This document shows, one piece after another, positions 50,701 through 61,558 of a stretch of DNA of 64,000 nucleotides. The translations under genes and the position numbers were made by a program. The stretch is from Stylophora pistillata (lineage: Eukaryota), in contig NW_019217814.1 of assembly GCF_002571385.2 (NCBI RefSeq), positions 652,577 through 716,576 of the forward strand, written 5' to 3'. Each line of letters opens with the position of its first letter. Position 1 is the first letter of the stretch. Under the pieces are notes generated by a model. The model ran no database searches. It was not told the origin of the DNA and worked only from the letters and a program-made list of their open reading frames with translations.

Positions 50701-52135
50701 CCTCTAAAGGCGGCGATGTTCTATTTGCGGTATGTCGCTCAACGATGTCGGACTCTACACAAATCAATCATGTGTTCTTAAAGAGGCTTTTGTCACGAAG
50801 CAAAAGTCAAAATGTCGGAGCTTACTTGCTTCTGAATTTAAAATCTTGGTAAACATTATTAATCAATGTAAGAATTCAAGTAAACGTAAGTTTTATGCTG
50901 CATCAATTACTTCTCTTGATGCGGGTTTCACTCGTTGTCTACGCTGTTTCAACACTCAGGGTTGACGTTGTTTCAACACTAACAGTCGACGGTTTTCAAC
51001 ACTCACGCATGCTGTTTGGTTATGCTTGGAGAAAGGAAAGTTATGCTCCGTAATCATCAATTAAAGTTCCTCCGTGAGTTTTTTAAGAGCTTGTAACAAG
51101 ACCATATTTCAAATTGGGTAGAAATTAAAAAGTCAACGATCTTTCGTCCGGAACGAAAGTACTTCCTCGGTTTTTACTGTGGTTTAATAATAACCTGTTC
51201 TACCAGGAACGATTTAGTAAAATAACTTTTTAAAATGATATGCGTGGCATGCGAAAAGCTGCCAATATTTGCACCCCTACGGTGTCATAAGGAGTGTACG
51301 CGGGAGTCAAGGTCACAAAATTTGGGAAACATATTGACTAAATCGTAGGGGTTAGGCCCTCAGTGGTTGCAGGATTATTCCGAGCATTTGGCATGAATAC
51401 AAGTTGTTAATTACGCATGACAACAAGCGATCACGAATGAGGTACATGTTCAGGGAAAAAGGGGAGAACATTGCTGAGAAAACTTGTGTAAAAGATTTCT
51501 GAATCATTTGGATCTATCATTAACACGAGATTAACAGGAGATGCCGGAGGGAGCAGATTTTCTAAAAACATTTCCGCCCCCTCTTTTTAATCAAAAGACG
51601 CGAACACCAGACTTTTTTAATGCAATAAAAGTTAACTGTTTTACCATGGTTTGGAGCATCGTAAAAAATCTCCTGCCAAATTAATATTTCAAAGATCTTC
51701 ATGAGCAATACACATTAATCTTCTGTATCCCCTAGTCATAACTGCTCCTTTGGTTCTCAAAACTAGAAAATAAAATTATTGTTGGACTCAAATTCTTTGA
51801 GGATACCTTGATGACCTTGTTCAGTATTCAGTATCCTGAAATATCTCGTGCAATTACGACACACTTAATTTCTTAAGGTTATTCAAATTTCCTGAGAATT
51901 ATCCTTACGAAAAATCTCCGACATTCCTAAATTAAGTTGCTGGCGTAAATGATTGCTCGAAGTACATTATCAGAGCATGTGCGGTATTGACCCAATACAC
52001 TTACATAAGGTAACCTTGTTCTTAAAATTTACATTTTAGATACGATTGCAAAAGGGAACGCACAGTTCACGTGCCTCGCAAAGGTAAGCGTTGCCAACTA
52101 GTTTCTTAATTAACAAACTAATCCCTTCTATTAGT

Positions 52136-52220
52136 CTTTCTCTGACGAAGGGCTAACGCTCGAAACGTCAGCTTTTTAACTCTGTACTGTGGCCAATTTA
52201 TGATTTCAACTTAGTTGATA
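52136..52220 (+). ncRNA. Minimal type I hammerhead ribozyme motif in a Penelope/retrozyme-like repeat, copy 1
   Basis: CTGACGA-A-GGGC-taac-GCTC-GAAA-C-GTC-AG at 52142-52171; downstream sequence shared with 61470-61558. Confidence 0.65.
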
Positions 52221-54073
52221 CTGATAACCTAATCCCTTTTATAGCTTGCTTTACCTTGTCTGTGTGTTTTGCCTTAAGGCTGTTAATGGATCACCAATAC
52301 TAGCGATAGCGAGTGCTACGAACATATGAAAATTGTTGTAAGAATTGCACTTTTGGAATTCTTATAAACAAGGCCAACAGTTTTTCCAAACAGGCATGTT
52401 GCGGCGGACATTTCTTTTGTCAGTAGGGTCATGCCACGGGAACTCGAATTGCCAAAGGAAACGAAAAACATTTGGGGATAACGGTTGAATCCGAATGAGC
52501 TGATCCAATGAGCGAAAAATGCTCCTAGAAGGAAATTATTTCGAGTTCGAGTCAAAGGGGATGAATCCTGCAGTTCTTCAAGCTCGACTCGGAGTTAGCG
52601 AGGTTCTACTGTATGATGAATGGCTGTTTAACTTACCTCGGTTTCGTAATTGAATGAAAACTTTTTAAAGCAGATTTCATTACAAAATGAGTTGAGCTGA
52701 TAAGAAGCTGTTTTGAATTGACCTGTTAGTATGCAAAAGTTTACTAGAAAACTGCGCTTCTTTCCCAATTAGTTTAGTCACCGCAAAAAAAGCTCACTTA
52801 AATTAACGAGTAAAATTAGCTACTTGATACTAAACGTCTTTTTCTACTGCTGAAATTTGTGTTTTGCATGATATTTAAATTTTGAGTTTCTCTTTTTAAA
52901 TGGAATTTTTACCTACAAAGTATAATAGGTCATTTTACAGTGTTTGTTTGCAGCCTCTATGTGAGATAATTTATGGTTAAATAGAATCTATCTCAAATGT
53001 TAATGTTTACTTTTAAGCTTCGAGGACCGCCTTGTTTGTGGGTTTTGAACGATTAATTACTCCGCCAAGAATGTGATCTGCAATTTATTCAGTGCTAAAA
53101 GACAAGAGTGATCTCGAATATTTTAACATCAGTAGGTATAAATCTCGCAAAAACACCAACCGATGATTTTGAGTTGAATTATAGAATTCTAAATTTTGAT
53201 TACACGGGGAAAGGTGATAGAATCACGGTGTATAATTATTTTGAGTCCTCTCTGTCACGACCTTTTTCCTCGAACTGCAATTGTTACTCTGTAATTATCT
53301 CCCAAAACGCCGTCAAACTGGCGATTCTAAATAATGCTACAGGTGAATTCAATGTAAACAACTCTTTAGATTCTACATGACGTGTTCTGAAGCGAAAAGA
53401 CGTTATTGTTTAAACAATCCGTTATGTAAAACAAGTGGTCGGCCTTTGATTAAAACGGAAATCAATTAATATCTAATAATGAAGCAAAAATACCGCCAGC
53501 TTGATGAGCTAAAATAGAAAATAATAATAAAAAAGAAACGATAGCGTGTACGTGTTATCAAACTTGGCGTGAGAAATCTGTTTGGCATTGGCCAAGGTCC
53601 TCTCTGAGTCGAGGCACTTAATCTCTAAAGCATGAGTGTATATTTTTGATGATGAATACCGCCTTTTCGACTCATTTGAAAAGTTTAGCGATGGTTAATG
53701 TACGTTTTTCCCTAAAGTTTAAATTTTTGTCTCTTACTTACTGAATTATTTTAAATCTGGTAAAATTGTTTTAACGCCATATTTAAAATGGTTTCAAGTA
53801 GTTCCCTGAGTAAACAAATCTCGCTTCTTCATTTAAACATGTTGTTAAAAAAAATAATCAGAGTATTCTTTCGGTAAAGTTCCTTTTATGGGCGGCAATA
53901 CAAAAGTTATTACCACAAAATGTACTTTATTTAATTGTTTTAACAAATGATCATCGATGATCGTGAATGATTAAAATTTTCCAATCAGCAAATTATAATT
54001 TTAAATTTTGCTGTGCCATGTTTACAAAAACTTAGTGATTACTCTTAAAAGAGGTTTGCGATCAAATTTCAAA

Positions 54074-54121
54074 TTAGAACAAGGAAGCCTCCAGTTTGTA
54101 CCGGAGGCTTCCTTGTTCTAA
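54074..54121. repeat. Perfect 19-bp hairpin
   Basis: ttagaacaaggaagcctcc / ggaggcttccttgttctaa; a second hairpin ttcgcgctta/taagcgcgaa follows at about 54137-54162. Confidence 0.85.
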
Positions 54122-55722
54122 CTAATTTTCGTGATTTTCGCGCTTACTTTGATAAGCGCGAACAAAAGGGCGTGTGAAACGCCTTTTAAAACAAAACAGC
54201 TGCTACATTAAATAATCTGAGTTCAATCCTTGTGCCGAATTGATAAGAATGAAGGCTGTAAGGGTCGGACCTCAGAGGGACGTTCTGCTCATAAAATCAG
54301 CTGTTATTTTCAGTTTAAGTAAGCAAGGTATATTTAAAATTCTTTGGCAGAATTATGTACTATTAGCACACGCTGTTTGAGTTTAAAAAAAAAATTAATA
54401 ACATAAAACAATGGAAAATCGCGAGGCTTCGCCTAATTTGCACTAATTTTTCCAAATTCTGCGAAAATTGACACTCGCAAACTCAGCTCAGGCCACTCGC
54501 TGAAAGTAGTATCTCTAGACTATTATACCACAATTGGCAGTAATGTCGCAATCTGATTGGCCAATTCGCCGTTATTGATAAGAATGCAGACCATGCTAAA
54601 CCGCTGTCGATGTTTTAATTCTTTCGCAATTAAGCGAAATAAATTAGTTTAAGGTGATACTTATAATCAGATTAGAGATACCTAGACCTAAATTGAACCA
54701 TTTCAATCAATTGCTCTACGACATGTTCTGGACCTAGAATTTTGCCTTATTTTCCACCTTATTTTGTAAATTGCTTTTTCTGAGATACGTAGAAGGTTTT
54801 GGTACTTATTGTGTAAAACGGAACCAAGAATATCTTCAATCACATCGCAATCAATCGCGTGATTTGTTGGAAAATCGAAGCAAAATTTTTAATTACCTCT
54901 TTTATGAAGAAGTCATGTACCGAATATTTGGATTTTCTGAGCTCCATTGGGAATGCGATAAACCAATGATGAGGGAAAGATTACTGAGATATTTTCGAGG
55001 ACCTTTAACTTTAGCGTTATCTTAAGGAAGAGATTAATTCTGAAGCAGAAGTCCACTGTATCCTGCAGATATTCAAATCTTGTTATCACATTAATTTATC
55101 AAATATTAACAAATATTCGTGCACAGCTCTGTAAAGGAAAGAATGGAAGGAAAAGCTATATTGGATGTTGGACCTTGGATCACAGACTCTGGACTGTGGA
55201 TTTTTACCATCCACCCCTCTCCTAAATGATTATAGTGATAAAAAGAAAAAAAAAAACCTTCGATCTGTAAAAGAGAAAAAAAAATAGCAGAAAGCAAAGA
55301 ACTTCGTCTACTCTGAACCAGACGCGAGTATTTCCGCTCAAATCATAGGTGTGAAATATTTTCACGTTTGCGCGATGAATACGTGATCATTCGTGAGCTC
55401 ACAAACTATAACTATCTTGGTTGAAATTAATCTTGTAAAACTCTGACACGAGCCTGATTAATGAGTCCTTTAGATCTCTTCCACTTTAGACAGTAGCATA
55501 ACAACGAAGGATATTGAGTTTGTTTCAGGGTTGTAAGGGGGGGGGGGGTAGTGGAGGATTTGTTTTGTGGGATAATTAATCATGGGGGGCGGGAGATGGA
55601 ATAAGAGTTTTGATAGACACCCCAGAGTCCAAGCTAGCTTTAAGCTTTGCTATAGAAATATTCGAAACAATGGAAGGTTAGTATTAAAAGGTTTTTGTTT
55701 TTTTTGGGTACATAGAGCGACA

Positions 55723-55985
55723 AGGAGAAGGCAAGTGTGGTTAGGGTGCTGGACTCTAGTGTAAACCGGTGGCCTGGGTTCAAGTCCTCCACCCTGCCAC
55801 GCACTGGATTTGTTCTTGGTCGCCCCTGGTTCAACTCCTCGGCTGCGCTCTGTAAATAGCCCACTGGTCTGCCTCCTGCCAGTGGGGATTTTTAAGCTCT
55901 TAGTTGGTCAACATTGTGGCTGACTGAAGCCCCTAAGGGGGAGCCTCAATTAACGTATGTTATTATTATTATTATTATTATTATT
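55723..55985 (+). mobile_element. tRNA-derived SINE with a conserved central (Nin/Deu-like) domain and (TTA)n tail
   Basis: B box ggttcaagtcc; central ctcggctgcgctctgtaaatagcccactggtctgcctcctgccagtggggatttttaa; 3' aagcccc-taa-gggggag..caattaa then ttattatta. The domain name is from recall, not a search. Confidence 0.75.
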
Positions 55986-56264
55986 TTATTTTCTGCTCAG
56001 TCGTCAAATGGACTTTGAAAAGATCGTGTGGTGTGCTCAGCATAATTTTACTAACGATACTGAGCACTCAGTAAGTCAACTGGCCTAGTTTTCACTATCA
56101 AACAAGCACAATCAAAAGAAAAGGAAGCGGAGATGAGGAGGGACTGATTAAACTTGATAAAAAAAAATAAAAAAAAAAAAAAAAACTGAATAGAAACCAG
56201 ATCTAACTCGGCGCTTGATGTTACATGTTGAAGTTCTATGCACGAGGCAGTTCTTCAGATTTTT

Positions 56265-56475
56265 AGAGAGGGAGAAAGGAGAAGAGAGATATACGGAGTA
56301 GGAATACACAAAATGAAGAGAAAGAGGGAGAGTAGAGAGGTAGGAGAAGAAAGAAGAGAGGGGAGGAGAGAGTAAGTTAGAAAATAGGAGAGGAGATAGA
56401 AGGGAAGGTAAGAGGAGTGGAGTGAGGAGGGTGGAGTGAGGGGGGGTGGGACATTAGGAAGAGAGTGAGAAAATG
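56265..56475. repeat. Low-complexity polypurine (GA-rich) tract
   Basis: About 210 bp, overwhelmingly G/A on the + strand, aperiodic. Confidence 0.85.
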
Positions 56476-59400
56476 GCAATTTGACCGGCAGGTTCTGAGC
56501 TCGCAGTTATACAAGTAAGTTGCGTCCTTATGGTACATGATCTCTCGTGCTATTAAGCTTTAGGAATTTCATCATTTGTCTTTTGCGTCTGAAGAATGTC
56601 TAGCATCGAGGAATAACAGATTATAAGACTCTCTTGAGGATAACCTTTAGTCCTGGAATTTCGTAAAGATAAAGACATATCATACAGATTGCAATAAGAT
56701 AACGCTTCGTTATCCTTACTCAACGCCTAATCGGTTCAAAATTTGAGACCAGAAACCGCAAGCTAAGAAAGAGTAAAATTTGCAAACTAGCACGCTGTTT
56801 CGATGGTCATCAGAACTAATGTTTTAGATAACCCTTTCACTATGCACATGCAGGAAAAGTGTTAGTTGAAGACATATTTTATAGCTTATGGCCACGGGTC
56901 CCTTCAATGTCTCTCTCTCTCAGTCAGAGAAGGATCTCATTGTTGGAATAATTTTCAGTGAAAAGCCAATTTATGCAAACGAAATGAATGAGCCTCCCTT
57001 GATTTCTCAAGGGAATAATTGATTTTATTTTTAGTCGGTCAATCGCAAACCGCAAATTTTACCGCTGAAAACGCATCCAAGTTGTTAGATTAGAAAAAGC
57101 GTTCAGGATCATTAAACAGTTACACCAGTAGCAGTGTCTTCTACGCTAGCTTCTGTAAACGAATGCTGCACTCCAAATTCCTCCTTGATCATCAACTCTG
57201 TTAAGGCTGTAAGATAAATAGGCGAAATGAGACAAACCTTTATAAGTGGACTACGCTTTTCAAGAAATGAGATCCAACAGGCACGACACTCGTAACAAGA
57301 TAAAGGCTGTAGTCCAAAGCCACAACTTCAAAGATTTGCACCACTATATTTTGATTCACGTTTCTGTGACGTGTGAAGCTCATTCTTTCCATTTTAAGGA
57401 AAAACAAATGATCAGTTCATTGAGATAAAAATAAAGCTGGAAAGCGTTCACAAACAGCGTACGGTAAAACCGTTCATGGAGGTTTTAGGCGTTCTCTTGT
57501 GCAGCTCGTTGGAGCTTTTATCAAATCAACAAGCAATGTCTTCCTTTTACTTGAAACAAAAGAAATATTTCCTCTTAAACAAAATTTCGAACAAAGAATA
57601 CTTTCGCTTTACTGGTCTCAAAAGGCTTTGAAATAAATAAATATCGTCGGATATTTCTTCAGTTTGGACTTGTCCGGTCATGTGACGCATCTATAAACCA
57701 ATCCTGTGTGAGCAAAAATATGCGATGCATGTATATCAATGACATTTACGCAGTCTATTTCAAGGCTTCATGTGTTTTTGTTCTGTTTTGTTTTGTTTTT
57801 TTCAATTTTCCATTCTTTTGAATGTTACGCTTGCTATAAAAAATTCCTATATCCCAAATCACAATTACATCAAAGTAAACTTGTCGAATTTTACTGATCA
57901 TGAGGTTTTCTCATGGGGTAGATTTGTTTGTAAATCTTGTTATAATAAGCCTTTTAATCTGCCGGCCGAGTGCGCTTAGATTACTCAAAGTTTCAACAAA
58001 CCTGCCAAAACAATGTTAAATCTCTCTAATGGAGTTTAACCTTTAGTTCGGATTGTGGGCGCCCTTTGTCCGCAGTGATGGCTTTTTCATTCGTTTGCCA
58101 AGTCGCTTGAGGCTGGGTTCTGCGTGGGATGAGAATGTTTTAAGTATTTTGGCATACTTATCGGGAGAGAGGAAAAGTCAAATGGAAAAAAAAGTTCACA
58201 CATTAACATTTTTGAGATTCTTTGTTATTTTGGAAGGGAAAATGACTTATTGTTCACTCCGGGAGTTAATGTCTAAAAACAGTTGCTCATAACTTTCTAG
58301 TTCCATCTACGAGAGTTTTGACGGTACCTATAATTACCGATGCTATTTTTGCTTTATCCTTCTGATTGAGTGGGCTATTGAAGCTTTAGGGAAACCTACG
58401 TGGAACTATCTCACAAACGCACTGAAAAAAAAAAAAAAAATTGAATTTGATGATATGATTTGTGCTTATGACCTTCCAGAACACAGACGTGTATGAATTT
58501 CGTACCACTTGTTTCTTATCTGTACACCATGCTTGATACTTTAATTAACCGCGTAAATAATTGCTTCCTTTGACATTCATCACTCAGTTTTTATTTTGGT
58601 AAATCTTCATTTCAACTAACTTGTAATTGTAGTTAAGACAAGTGGAATTTAACTGATTATGCCGATTGGCTCCAATTTGCACAGTGGGTTTAAATTAATC
58701 TTATTTGAATTGTGGAAGTTTCCCCTGTGTAAAGTCAATTTTTTCTCGGAACAAATGCCATTTAAGGCTCTTTTCTTCCCTTTTCTCGCAAACATTTGTC
58801 GAGTAAATTTACATTAGATGCCTTTTCAAAATTTTAAGCCTCTGGATTCTGCTGTCTAAAAAACCTTTGAAACTTTTCTAGATTGAAATTTCCGAGACAT
58901 GTTTATTTTTTTGTTGTTCGACTGAATCTTCATGTGCTACTTCTTAATTTTGAGTGGGAAAAAGGGATCTCTTGTTCGAAATATTGGTAAAGTACAGCAT
59001 TATGATAATCCTTAATTTTTTCTCTGCGCAGTTGTTGGATATGATTACGCATGAATGTCGTGTTTACTTTGTTATCCAGCATTATCACGCGTTCATAAAG
59101 AAGAAATTTTCCTTTGAAGATGTTCTAAGATTTTCCTGCATACTTGAAGCTGTTAGATTTAGATTTTATTTATCATCAGCTAATTCGGGTTGAACGTGAC
59201 AATCGATGATCATTAGATTGTTATGTTACTTTTAATTAGATTAGGAAAACAAAGCATATGTTTCCTAACCAAGCTGTGTTCCAAAACTTTCACAAAGCAC
59301 CCATTAAACTCGAGATGTTTATAAAAGTCCTAGATCAAACACTTTTCCATTTATCCCACAAATTGATGGATTTTTGTGGCCAGTACTGATCTAATTTCAA

Positions 59401-61469
59401 CCAATTGATTGAGTAAAATAGCTTTTTACTCAATCCATACTTTTTACTGGCGCGTTAGAAATTTCTCTGAAGCGTGGATGAGCAACGCGACATACTTGCC
59501 TCCATGAGGAAGCTTTCATTTCATTGTCCTATAGATTCCTCAACAACTGAGAGATAGAAAACTCTTCTGCGATTTAGACAATGTGCTAGTTGTGGTAGAA
59601 TAATGAAAAATTGAGTTCGGGGGTGTTGTCTAGACTTTGAAGATGCGTATGCATGTATTTCATTTCAGACATCTACACATTTAGTATTGACATCCTGTTT
59701 TGCTCCTTCATTTGACACCCGTTAGTTTCCTCCTAAATTTGATTACCTCATAAAGCTAATGGAAGTCTAATACGAGCTATCAAGTTTATGAGTCGTTAAA
59801 CCAGATGACATCGATTAAGTTTGATCAACAGTTAACAAAGACTGAGTAGGGGAGGGTATGGAAAATCATGATGCACCTGTTACANTATCTCTTCTTCAGA
59901 AAAATAGACAAATTGAAAATCCAGAAAACTATACAAACTTAATAATTTTAAAGTTAACCAAATAGATGTGAAGTAATGCATAGAAAAGCTTGTGGCTAGA
60001 CCGATGATACGAATAGAAGATAAACTGTCCTTGCAATTACCTACATTTCTCTCAGTTAAGGTCAAACAGGTCGAAAAATATCTGGCATAAACAGATCAAC
60101 GCTCTATATCATGCCTTGCCCACGAGCGGTAGATATATGATATCAGACCTGAATAAATGATCGAGTTCGTGCTAACATGCGGCTTATTTGTGCAAGCAAG
60201 ATATCTCCGGCGTCATTGTCTTTTTTCAGTTCTTCTCGAAACAAGAATTTCATTCGCAAAAAAATTTGTTAATAAGGTAAGAATGAATTTGAAGCTGCTC
60301 TCTCTCTTTCTCTCTTGAGTAAACTTTTGGAATCGATGATTTAAATGAAAAATTAACGAATTTTATTTATTATTATTATTTTTTTTTTTTTGCTGTTTGA
60401 GACGTTTTTATCTATTCGTCCAGTAGCATAACTTCTGGATCTAAATTTACCATGGACTCCACAGTTACTTGATTAATACCTACTGGGCCTTTTAATTATC
60501 TTTAACAAATGGCCAATAACTCAGTTTTCAATTGTTAAAGAGAATAATTGTTCTGTCGAGGAGCAGTTTCTGAGAAATAAAACTGCGTTAGTATTGAGTA
60601 ACTTTTGACATCTAGTTTTCGATTTCAGGTTTGCCAAGGAGGTAGTCGTTCTTCAGGCCAAAAAGCTTGCTACTGGTGAGTGCTTATGGTCTTGGTATAT
60701 ACCTAAGGTTCGTCATTTTACCGTCATTCCTAACTGAGCTAAATTGAACAATAGCAAATCGTGGATGCCTGTTACTGTTTGCCAAAATTTCGGAGTGTTC
60801 TTTATCAGGTGTCGGGTATAATTGAACCAGTCGCGAATGTAGAGATGAAACATCTATTGCGATCTATACTAGTCTATATTTAGTCAGAGAAAAAGTCCCT
60901 TTAAGTTTTTTTTTCTTTTTGAGTTTAAAGTGACAATTTAGAGACACCGACGGTGGAAATGTCCGTTTGAAACTTTTTTATACCGGAATGCAAGAATGTT
61001 TATCTATCTCATTTAGAAAACCTCTTAAGTCACAAGAATGTCCAAATATCCTTGTAATATCAGAGTATTCTTGGTTTGAGGACGGCCATTGGTCAGCGGG
61101 TACTTGTGTTTTAGCTATTTCCATAATCCACTTGATTGAAACTGGATGGGTTCTCAACCCTAAAGGATCGTCTCAAAAACTGAACATGCAAACACTTCGA
61201 GGGAGATGAATTGTAGAAAACTGAAGTGAGAGGTTGCTATGACATCAGAGAAACTCGTGTACACAAACTTTAACAAAACTCTTTATTATCGCAGAATGAT
61301 TCTTCGGACCTTCGTTAGTTTTTTCAAGATAGTTTCTTAAGCGTAAAGAGTCTTGACTATCCCCGTCTCTCACTCATATCAATATCATTACATACGTGCC
61401 AAAATATGTGTAGAGACTGTAAACGTAAAACAATTTCCCACCAATCACGTAGCTCCAACCCACAATTCC

Positions 61470-61558
61470 TCTATTCGCGCAGACGAAGGGCTAACGCTCG
61501 AAACGTCAGCTTTTATAACCATAACGGTGGCCAATTTACCATTTCAACTTTGTTGATA
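61470..61558 (+). mobile_element. Second copy of the hammerhead-bearing repeat, core mutated (CAGACGA)
   Basis: gacgaagggctaacgctcgaaacgtcagctttt is identical to copy 1, followed by gtggccaattta..atttcaactt.gttgata. Confidence 0.65.
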
